From the NCBI RefSeq assembly GCF_009914755.1, contig NC_060928.1: a stretch of 64,000 bases of DNA. One strand, 5' to 3'. The notes below the pieces were generated by a model, which had not been told where the DNA came from, searched no databases, and saw only the letters and a list, made by a program, of their open reading frames with translations. Shown here one piece after another: positions 47,159-64,000 of the stretch; position 1 is the first letter of the stretch; each line of letters starts with the position of its first letter. The DNA comes from the human T2T-CHM13v2.0 reference genome, Homo sapiens. The translations under genes and the position numbers were made by a program.

Positions 47159-47889
47159 TTTTTCATATTCTTTTTTTGGAATTCCTATTCAGGATATGAA
47201 TTTCTTGAGTTGATCATCTAATGTTAGTTTTTTTTCCTTATATTTTTATGTCATTTTTTGTGGGGGTTTTGGAGAAGATTTTTTATTCAGTTCCTCCATA
47301 GAGAGCTTTTAAAAATACATTTCTATCATAGTTTTGTTTCAAGAGTATTTTATTTGCTTTCTGAACATTCCTTTTATAGCATCCTGATTTTGTTTTAGTG
47401 TCTCAACATCTAAGTTGTTAAATCTAGAACTCTTCAAGTTTTTTCTTTTCTTTTGCTCTTTGCATAACTTTTAAGTTTGGTTTGTGTGTGTGTGTTTTGG
47501 TCTTAATGATTTATGTAAGTGGCTTTCCTCAGGGCATTTTTTACGGTTTATTTATATTTACTATTGAAACACTAAATTGGTTTTTGAAAGATCTATGTGA
47601 ATAGGTAGTGTTTGTTGACTGATTGGTCTCCCTGCAAAGGTAAGCAGAGAGGAATCTGGCTTTTTTATTAGGAAAACTTTACCTGTCAGTTTCTCATGGG
47701 CTTTTCTCTTGGGCAGATCACGCATAAAAGGGGACGAGTCCAAATTCCTACCACCTGTGTAGGCCTGTCTCTTCACTCCCCAGAGGTTCTGGGGAGGGCC
47801 ATATAATGTGAGGGCTCACAATTTAGCACTACATTTTAATATTCTCTGGATGAAAATATTTACCACTACCTTCAATAATACTGAGCATT

Positions 47890-48185
47890 GGCCAGGCACG
47901 GTGGCACACGTCTGTAATCCCAACACTTTGGGACACCGAGGTAGGTGGATTGCCTGAGGTCAGGAGTTTGAGACCAGCCTGGACAACATGGCAAAACCCT
48001 GTTTCTACTAAAAATACAAAAATTAGCCAGGCGTGGTGGCACGTGCCTGTAGTCCCAGCTACTCGGGAGGCTAAGGCAGTAAAATAGCTTGAACAGGGTG
48101 GCAGAGGTTGCAGTGAGCCGAGATCACACCACTGCACTCCAGCCTGGGTGACAGAGAGAGATGCTGTCTCAAAAATAATAATAAT
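47890..48185 (+). mobile_element. AluSx-like
   Basis: Full Alu with an (AAT)n tail; near-TSD aataatactgagcat / aataatactgagaat. Confidence 0.93.
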
Positions 48186-50667
48186 AATACTGAGAATCTT
48201 TAAGATCAGAAATTGTGTGATTCACTATTTCCAGGGAGTAAACTCTAGTCTTTCATCAAAGTAGAAAGTGAGTAAGTGCTTGTTTATCTGTCTTGAGGGG
48301 AGACATCTGAAGATGTAACTGCTTGCCATACAAACTTTCCAACAATCTTTCCTATAATCAGTTCCAGACACACTTCCTGCCTTGTGAGATATCTGACTTT
48401 TCCAAACCCTGAGCCTTCCTTCTATTCTGCACAGTGAATCAGCCTACTTTAATTCTGTCTCTTTGTGGTTTTCAGTTTTGCTCACGTAACTAGTCTAGTT
48501 GTCTATTAACTTTTTAACTTACAAGATGTAGTTAACAGCTCTTGTTTGTTCTGTCTTGTTGTTTTTTCCCTTGTGGATTTGCAATAGTTTTTTTAACCTC
48601 TTCACTGTCATTTTTGGGGAGGTTTTAGCAGATTCTAGAGGCACCTGTGTATTTAGCATTCCATGCAAGACCAGAAATTTAAATTGACTATTAACCAATG
48701 GAATAGTAACTCTCAATTAAAATATGATCATTGTATTACCACCTCTGAGTTTATTTATTCTATTTAAGGAATGGATTAATAAATCACTTTCTACCTGCAA
48801 ACATCAATATGAAATAATTTGTGCAGCTACTGCTGGTTTATTCTGGATAATCTGAGGGCGTGTATTTTAGAGGTACTTAAACACATACTTATTTTAGAAT
48901 GTTTCACACATATATCACTTATACACATCCACTTACACATATACTCATTCAATTACCGTTACAAATCACATTTATTGAGTGTCTCTGACTACTTGGATCT
49001 TGGACTATGCACTGTGAATGCAGAGATTGATAAGGTGCAATTTTTGTCTTCAAGGATATCACAATTTAGCAGGGTTCCTACATGTGTAGAAATAATTTGG
49101 ACACTAGAACTCAGGTATCAAACAAACTTTACACTTTAGAACACTGCAGAGAATCAGAAAGCAATAAAAAGCTTTTATAAACTAAAACAGTTCCCATGTT
49201 GTTCATAAATTAAAGCCTAAATAATGTGTTCATAGGCGTTCTATGCCCTCACGTGGATTGCATAGCCCCACATTGTAGATTCAGTTCTAGCAAGTTTAAT
49301 TGTACGATTTCCCAGAATGCATAATATTTAAAGTAGCAAGTAACAAATGTAGACTATAGCTAAAAGGCAAGGAAGCTGGCACTAGTATGAAATGATGCCT
49401 AGCTCTGAGGCAATATACAAATAGTACCCACGACAAGCAGTGTTAGTGTAGTTAAAGGCTGGGTATAAGTCCTGGTTCTGCTAGCTACTTATAAAGTAGC
49501 CTCGAATGAGTCACATTAACTCTGTAAGCTTCAGTTGCTTTGTCTGCAAAACTAGGAAAATAGTCACACTGACAGTCTAGAGTTCTTGAAAGAATTGAAT
49601 AAAAGAATACATGTAAAACAATAAGCACAATTTGTATTAAGTATTAATACAAAAATTACCCTCGGTATTTAAAACTCAATGAATTTTATGCAAGAGATTG
49701 TTTACATGGTGATAGAATAGTTGAGAAGCCAAACAGAAAAAGAGACATTGAAGCAACCCAGGGGTCAGCCACAGCAGAAAGTGCCTATTAGAGATGCAAA
49801 GCAACTGTAACTCAGGAGCCTGAGTTGCCCAGAGAGAGGCAGGATAGAAGAACACAGGCACTGTGGGAGAAAGAGATATGCTCTAGTTTCTCTTTTCTTC
49901 CACCACCCAGTCCCTCACCAGTGCCTCCCATAGATTGAATCCCGCTGAAGCCCACTGATCTCAGAACCTGGGACATTCAGACTCAACATCATCCACTCCA
50001 TACTACAGAGCAGAGCAGAACAGGAGCCAGTGAGGAATGATTTGTGGGCAAACCCACCCAGGACCAGAACAGGCACTCACAACACAGCCATGTTACCCAC
50101 CCTAAACAGAGGACTACTGAAACTACTAAATATTCAGACTCAAGACGTACCAAAAAAAATCAGCACTTAAAACAATAAATTTAAACTTATGCAGGAATCT
50201 TTGCAAACTGAAGTTGAACACTCCATTAAAGTTTCTGTAAAGTTTGTGAGAGGTGTGTGTGTGTGTGTGTGTTCGGAGAGACAGAGAGAAGAACAAGTGA
50301 GTACCTCCCAGGGTCTCCTCAGGCCACACTGAAAGTCTCTTTTCTATTCGGCTATAGCACATCATACTCATTACTATGGCCAAAACATTGCACTGTTTTT
50401 TCACACATGTAATACTTGTACTATATATGGGGTACAGATATTTAGATAAATATTTAGATATTTAAGATATTTAGATAAATGTGTGTCATGTGTAATGATC
50501 AAATCAGAGTAATTAGCACATGCATCACCTCAAGTCTTTATATCTTTGTTTTGCAACATTCAAAATTCTCTACTTTAGCTATTTAAAGATATATAATAAA
50601 TTATTAACTATGGTCACCCTACAGTGCTATAGATCACTAGAACTTCTATTTCTTCTATATAATTTTC

Positions 50668-56810
<6,143 letters not shown>

Positions 56811-57569
56811 TATAATTTTCTATCTTTTAACTAACCTCTCCCTATGCTCCCTTCTCTCCCACCCTTTCCAGTCTCTAATAACCACAATTTTTTTTTGCAT
56901 TCATCCTATAAATGCTTGTTGAGCATTTATTGTGTTCCAGAAGCTAAGATTGGCCCTGTGATTCACAACGAGGAACTGGGCATGGCCCAGTTCCTAGGGA
57001 ACCCAAGTTTTGTATTAAACTCATGTTTTTGAGTCTTTTTCTCTATCCTTGCCTTTCCCTAGGATTAAGCTTGTATCATTGGGAGCTAGAATCATTTGTT
57101 TTTCATTATGTTACAATATTTTCTGACATGGTATCTGTGACATAGCAGATATTTAATACATTTTTATTGAACTGAATTGAGAAAATAAAAATTACTAGAC
57201 TCTCTCTGGACTTTTTTGTTCAAAGCTGCTGGAGACTGAAATGTGATAGGTTGACAGAATGTCAGTTATTGGAAAGTAGGAAAAACAAATTTGAAAGCAG
57301 AGTAACTAGTTTTCTTCAACATTACTAATTATTTTAATAGAATTCCTTAACAGGAGATTCTGCAATTAGTTCATAATTTGCCATGAAAATATAAATGGAT
57401 TTTTCTTCTATTAAGATTAAATATTAATCTAAACTTTGTTTTTTCAGTGCCTTTTTCCTGTTAATTTTAAGTTATTTCTTCTTCAATATGACAATGCAAA
57501 CAAATCAGATTATCAATTAACAAAACATATCCTGTGTTTAGAGAAATCATCTTCAAGTGTAAACTAGCA

Positions 57570-57695
57570 GATGTGGGTTCTGGGCTTGAGCCTGCTCTGG
57601 GTGACATCTGTCACCACACTGATTGCCAGGTTGGACTTAGTGCCTTCCTCACTAATTCTTGCATCTTTCCCTGAAGCTGATTACCTGAAAAGAAA
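57570..57695 (+). pseudogene. RN7SK: 7SK snRNA pseudogene fragment (5' part, internally deleted)
   Basis: gtgacatctgtcaccacactgattgccaggttggactt matches 7SK GCGACATCTGTCACCCCATTGATCGCCAGGGTTGATTC; the downstream ccctgaagctg matches CCCGAAGCTG. Confidence 0.8.
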
Positions 57696-57974
57696 CTTTT
57701 TTTGAGACAGAGTTTCGCTCTTGTTGCCCAGGCTGGCGTGCAATGGTGTGATCTCGGCTCACTAGACCTCTACCTCCCAGGTTCAAGTGATTCTCCTGCC
57801 TCGGTTTCCCCAGTAGCTGGGATTACAGGCATGACAGGTTAATTTTGTATTTTTAGTGGAGACAGGGTTTCTGCATGTTGGTCAGGCTGGTCTCAAACTC
57901 CCGACCTCAGGTGATCCGCCCACTTTGGCATCCGAAAGTGCTAGGATTACAGGCGTGAGCCACCATGCCAGGCC
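57696..57974 (-). mobile_element. AluSp-like with a small internal deletion
   Basis: gtttcgctcttgttgcccagg, gcaatgg, ttggtcaggctggtc and cccgacctcaggtgatcc; near-TSD aaaagaac / aaaagaat. Confidence 0.9.
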
Positions 57975-60900
57975 AAAAGAATCTATATTAATGAAAAATA
58001 TTTTTCTATGAATGAGAGATGAAATTATGACACTATGTTTTTTTCACAGCAATCTGTTTATTCTCTTTGTAAAGATGATCCTACCTACATTATTTTCTGT
58101 ATACAAAAAAATAAAATACAAAAATAGTTACTCAAATTTTGAACACGTTTGAAATCAAATTTGAACCAGGTTGCTTTAATTGCTCTGTTTGAGGGTTGGT
58201 GGACATGTATGAGCTTTGTATATTTCTCCCCTGTGTTGTCAAATACAAACCAAACTATTCAGGACACATTGCACCTCCCACTTCCTTCCATGACTGCAAT
58301 TGAGAAGAACAGATGAAAGCTGTCTATGAGGCGTGTATGCCTTTCTGTGTTTCCTCTGCTCTTTGTTTCCAGTGTTTCTCTTCAAACAGCTCACAGTCCA
58401 TAGTCAGCACAGAGGTCGCATGCACAGTGGGGGTTGACTTCAAGTTCCTTTTACCTTTTGCAACTATATTGCTGACTGTGCATTTTTAAAAAGGTCTTAA
58501 ATTGGTAACTGACAAAGTTATATATAAAATAGTAAGACTTTGATGTTCTTGTTTTCTTCCTTCTAAAGTATGCAGTGGCAGTGAAAGATTGGGTAGACTG
58601 AGTAACCTTCCCAAGGGTAACTTTTATTAGGAACCAAATGAGTCCTGCCTTCCACAGATGTTTTTTTCAAGGCTGTATTTGTGCAGGTAACTCCAGAGGC
58701 AAGCTTTCTGTAAATAAACTTTCCTTTGTGACCACATATTCATAATTCTTGCCAAATGAAGCCAATGAAAGGTGATTTTAAAGATCAGCCAATCTTTGCT
58801 ATGAAATTATTTTCTTTAATTATATCAAATAAATATAAAATGCTCTGGTCAGTAATTGATGACCAGAAGTATTTTATATTTACTGATAGTGGGAAAATGT
58901 CTATCTTATATATTTATCCGTGGGAAGTTAAAGCTTATTATTATGTTAAAAAATCAAAGTTACCCTAATCATAACCATAACATGAATTAGGCATTATGGA
59001 AATTTGATAATTAAAATTTATCAAAAGTTTGGTATTTGTGGAATCTTTGAGGGATATTTCATGCCCCCAAATATGTCCTGCAGGCTGATTTCTGCCCTAG
59101 CCTTATATCCATAGGTCATTTAAAGAAAAAAGATCAGGTTCCCAATTCAGATTTCTAATCCCTCGTGTCTTTCAGGCAGTGTTGTCAGATCATTAGGACC
59201 TAAAAGAAGAGTATTTTAAAATTCCCATTTGAGTCCCCTGCAACATTAATTCCCAGGTCATTTCAGTAATGCATACTTGGAAATTATTTAATAGTTATGC
59301 TAAATTATCCCATATGTATTGGGTACCTACAATGCACACTGCATGTCAATGTCAACCCAACCCACAATATACTCACTGGACAAATATCAAGGGTAATCAA
59401 AACTTTCTAGGATCTTGCTGAAATCAAAAGTTCATATTTCAGATGAAATTAACAATGACTAGGCAGACTCCTATGTATTCTTAAGACAGTAAATAGCTGT
59501 GATTAAATATACAACTTCCTTTTGCATTCACCCTGAGCATTCATCATAAAGTCGTGCATGTGTGTGGTAGCAGCAGCTGCATGCACTCAAAGTATACTTT
59601 ATATGCCCTTTGAGCCTTTCCTCATTCCCATATCCCCATCCCACAAGTGAATTTGATATATTTTAGTGAGCTTATATTTCAAACATGTTTTTTACACTTA
59701 GTGTAGTTTTCATATGATACAGTAAAAACAGTGGTAAACATTCTGAAACATTACTGTAAATGTACATTATTATCATGAACCAATGTGTTTAGTACTTCTT
59801 CTAACTTTATATCAAATTTTGAAAGCATATCATCTATGCAAATTTGACGCATTACTTCCTCATCTGACATTATATGATGTTATAGAATATAATCAACATT
59901 AAAATTTAAATTTAATTATTTTAAATGCATTTAATATATATGTATGTGTATATCTATATCTATAGACATGGCCATCTTAAGCAATATTTCCGAAAATTAT
60001 CTAAATTTTCTTCAGGATCAAGTATCGACATTGAATAAACAAAATGTCTAATTATTTACAATGGATTCTTATTTTAAAGTACATTATTTGTTGAGGGGTT
60101 ATTGACAAAGTGGGATATGTTCATACAGGTGAAAGGACAAATGTAACAACTTTGGATATTTTCATTGTAAAGTGAAAGCCTAATTTCTAGGTTCTCACTT
60201 TATAAAGGAGAACTGAGAAATTAATACCACATACATATTGCAATATGTATGTATGTATGTATGTATATATCCATATTATTTTATGATTTTACTCTGTGGA
60301 AACTGTAAAAGAAAATCTAAAATTGTAGAGTGCAGGCCATCCCATAATAAAAATTATTTTTTAAAAATTATCAAATGTTGTGAAATAGCCTGTGACAGTA
60401 ATTCTGCATTAGTGACTTTTCTGTGCAGCTATATATAAAGTAATACAGACATCTAGTATGTGTTCAAGTCCTCATGTGGGAATCCATTTCCATAGTTAAC
60501 CTAGCTTATCAACTGTATTTTATAATATTAATTTTTTTAGTTTCCTACAGTCCCATTGAGACTCATTGAAATTGAACACATTTTGTCACCATATTTTTCT
60601 TCAGATTAGGTTCTGTTTTAATGTTCTCACTGAAAACTACAAAGTGAACTTTGCTTGTAATTTGTGGGAATAATGCCAGACAATTGGGCACAAACAGTAG
60701 TAGAAGAAAAACACCCTATATTCAACAAATACTATTTTAGGATAGAGGATTAAGGAAAACTTTGAGCCCAGTTGAAATTTCAGGGCAGATTAAAATGGCA
60801 ATAAGTGTATATAATAACCCAGCTGGAATCTGTTCAGGATATCAGGGCCAAGTGCTCTTTTAATTATTTAGTTAATGGATCTGTCCATGCCAAAATAGCC

Positions 60901-61024
60901 ACCCTACACTGAGGCTGGCAGCCTGTTTTTCAGAAGTATGCCTTCACTGATGCACTCTAAAACCACAAGAAGTTAATTGCTTATCTGCTTCCATTTTTGT
61001 GCCAGTTTCACTTATGAAGTTAGG

Positions 61025-62105
61025 TGTTGTGGGAAGTCAGGGACCCCAAATGGAGGGACCGGCTGAAGCCATGGCAGAAGAACGTGGATTGTGAAGATTT
61101 CATGAACAATTTATTGGTTCCCCAAATTAATACTTTTATAATTTCTTATGCCTGTCTTTACTGCAATCTCTAAACATAAATTGTGAAGATTTCATGGACA
61201 CTTATCACTTCCCCAATCAATACCCTTGTGATTTCCTAGGCCTGTCTTTACTTTAATCTCTTAATTCTGCCATCTCGTAAGCCGAGGAGGATGTATGTCG
61301 CCTCAGGACCATGTGATAATTGCGTTAACTGCGCAAATTGTAGAGCATGTGTGTTTAAACAATATGAAATCTGGGCACCTTGAAAAAAGAACAGGATAAC
61401 AGCAATTGTTCAGGGAATAAGAGAGATAAACCTAAACTCTGACTGCCAGTGAGCCGGGCAGAACAGAGCCATATTTCTCTTCTTTCAAAAGCAAATGGGA
61501 GAAATATCACTGAATTCTTTTTCTCAGCAAGGAACATCCCTGGGAAAGAGAATACATGCCTGGGGGTAGGTCTATAGACGGTCCCCAGGGTGTGGCCATG
61601 TTTTATGATCTGTAGACTGTAGGGGTGAAATAGACCCCAGTCTCCCATAGCCCTCCCAGGCTTATTAGGAAGAAGAAATTCCCGCCTAATAAATTTTGTC
61701 AGACCAGTTGCTCTCAAAACCCTGTCTCCTGATAAGATGTTATCAATGACAATCGTGCCCGAAACTTCATTAGCAATTTTAATTTCGCCGCCCTGGTCCT
61801 GTGGTCTTGTGATCTCGCCCTGCCTCCATTTACCTTGTGATATTCTATTACCTTATGAAGTATGTGATGTCTGTGACCCACACTCTATTCGTATACTCCC
61901 TCCCCTTTTGAAACTCCTTAATAAAAACTTACTGGTTTTACGGCTTATGGGGCATCACGGAACCTACTGATACGTGATGTCTCCCCCAGACACCCAGCTT
62001 TAAAATTTCTCTCTTTTGTATTCTGTCCCTTTATTTCTCAAACCCGCCTACACTTAGGGAAAAGAGAAAAGAACCTACGTGACTATCGGGGCAGGTTCCC
62101 CGATA
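61025..62105 (+). mobile_element. MER11 (HML-8, MER11C/B-like) solo LTR
   Basis: Starts TGTTGTGGGAAGTCAGGGACCCC and ends ggcaggttccccgata; 6-bp TSD gttagg (61019-24 / 62106-11); AATAAA at ~61920. Confidence 0.95.
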
Positions 62106-63131
62106 GTTAGGTCCATGTGTAGGTTATTTTGGGATTTGAGGAATTTGTTTAACCATAGATAAACCAGTTTTGTTTCATTGAAATGGCTTGTTCATACAGA
62201 TCCTGGAATATGGAATCTTCCATTTTAAAGGCATGTCTGGCTTTAAAATTTAAATAATAGCTCCATCTTACCTAAAGGAGTCCTGAACAAATGATGCATG
62301 TTATCATTATTATTTACGAATCCATCCACTGACATGTCATGATAATGTTAACTCTTCATAACTTTTCTACCTCAGAAAGTGATTTAGGTCAGTTTATGAG
62401 TCAGTCACCCAGATGTTTCCAGATATGTTTACATCTAATTTCCAGTCTATTTTCTGAGTTGCTCACATTTTATTTTTATGCCTTGATATCCTTGAACTAA
62501 CAAATTCTTGAACTTAGGTATTTCTTCTTGTAAAATAGACTTACATGAATTATGAAATACTTTCACTTTCCTATAAGTCACTAATGCCCCAAAACATTAA
62601 ACAGACTCATATAAATTTTACTTAAGCCCTGCAGCACAAACAAATGTGTGTCAAGTATAGACTCCTTGAGGGAGCTACGGGAAGTATAAGGTAGTTTGTT
62701 TCAATTTCTCCTTATTATTGCCCTGGCACTGATGTGACTGATGCAGACAAGTGTTCAATTCTTCACTTGCATTTCTCCTTCCCTTTAGCATTGCCTCCTC
62801 TCTTTTCTACAATCTGTCTCTAGCTTTCACTATAGACTCAGGACAATATTTCTACATTTATTAAAACAAGTTTGCCATTCTTAAAACATAAATACTAAGT
62901 TATATAACTAATTAGAAATCTTACTGCTAACACAAGTAGGAAAGCTAAAATCTGATAGTACTACAGGTTGCTCTATTATGGGCTTAATTATTTAATTCAA
63001 TTATAAGTTAATTCAATTATAAGAGGTTTCTTTTCAGGATTAAAATATCTACTCCATACATATTTTCTCTTAATTGACTTTAAATATGATATAACTTATA
63101 AATATCTATACAGATTACAGAAAATAATTGA

Positions 63132-63461
<330 letters not shown>

Positions 63462-64000
63462 TGAGAAGTTGTTAAGTGTTTGAAAGTGGGGTGACTAAAG
63501 AAGTGAGGATCTAAACTCAAATTATATAAAGGGATTTTCAAGATCTGTTTTTCTGTGAGATAAAAATGCTTAGTATTTTTACCTACTTTACCTCTCATAA
63601 TGTTCAAAATGACCCTTTGAATGAGAAAGTAAAATTTTAAAAATTCGAGGAAAATGTTACTCAGATGACATTACACATATTAATAAATGTCAGAAGTAGA
63701 ATTTAATACCAGGGATGTTGGGCTAACAGTCCTTTCCATTTTCAGGATGTCATTATAATTCCATAAAAGAAGATCCTAGCTATTTTGATTTGGTCTGGAA
63801 AGTGAACTAGAATCAGTGATTGTACACTATGAAGACAAATTTTGATTCCATATGCAAAACTATGCAATAAAGAGGTGTGGTGACAATAAAATAAGAGATA
63901 AGGTCAAGAATCTTGATTTAAAAAAAAAAAAGAAAACAACTCTAAGGTACTAAGTCAGCTGACATATATACTTCCCAAAGAAATTCCTGAAGCACTTTCC

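Larger units (their letters stand above)
46430..48670 (-). mobile_element. Very old LINE-1-derived sequence (L1M/HAL1-like) split by two Alus
   Basis: T-rich strand-asymmetric tract with antisense-L1-like phrases (ttgaaatttaatgattatg, ggaattcctatt, gtggctttcctca, ttcactgtcatttt). Weak. Confidence 0.4.

Overview
AT-rich, repeat-dense primate DNA, most likely human because it contains a pre-Ta L1HS. It looks intergenic or deep-intronic, and I found no intact cellular protein-coding gene. Transposons dominate: an old L1M, a twin-primed 5'-inverted pre-Ta L1HS (20275-24349), a full-length L1PA4/5-type element (50668-56810), two solo LTR12C LTRs facing each other, a MER11 LTR, MER21/MLT1 LTRs, DNA transposon relics, L2/MIR and about 14 Alus. 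One AluY carries a ~1.16 kb AT-only expanded tail. Two decayed minus-strand coding fossils, largely missed by the ORF track, lie in apparently unique sequence. (1) About 1.6 kb (~28760-30370) whose frame-shifted translation matches foamy virus (Spumaretrovirinae) Env SU motifs colinearly, with several exact spacings; this is a candidate endogenous foamy-like env relic. (2) A very old intronless cytochrome c pseudogene (27037-27336). A 7SK fragment is also present. All homology calls were made by eye against remembered reference sequences and need database confirmation.
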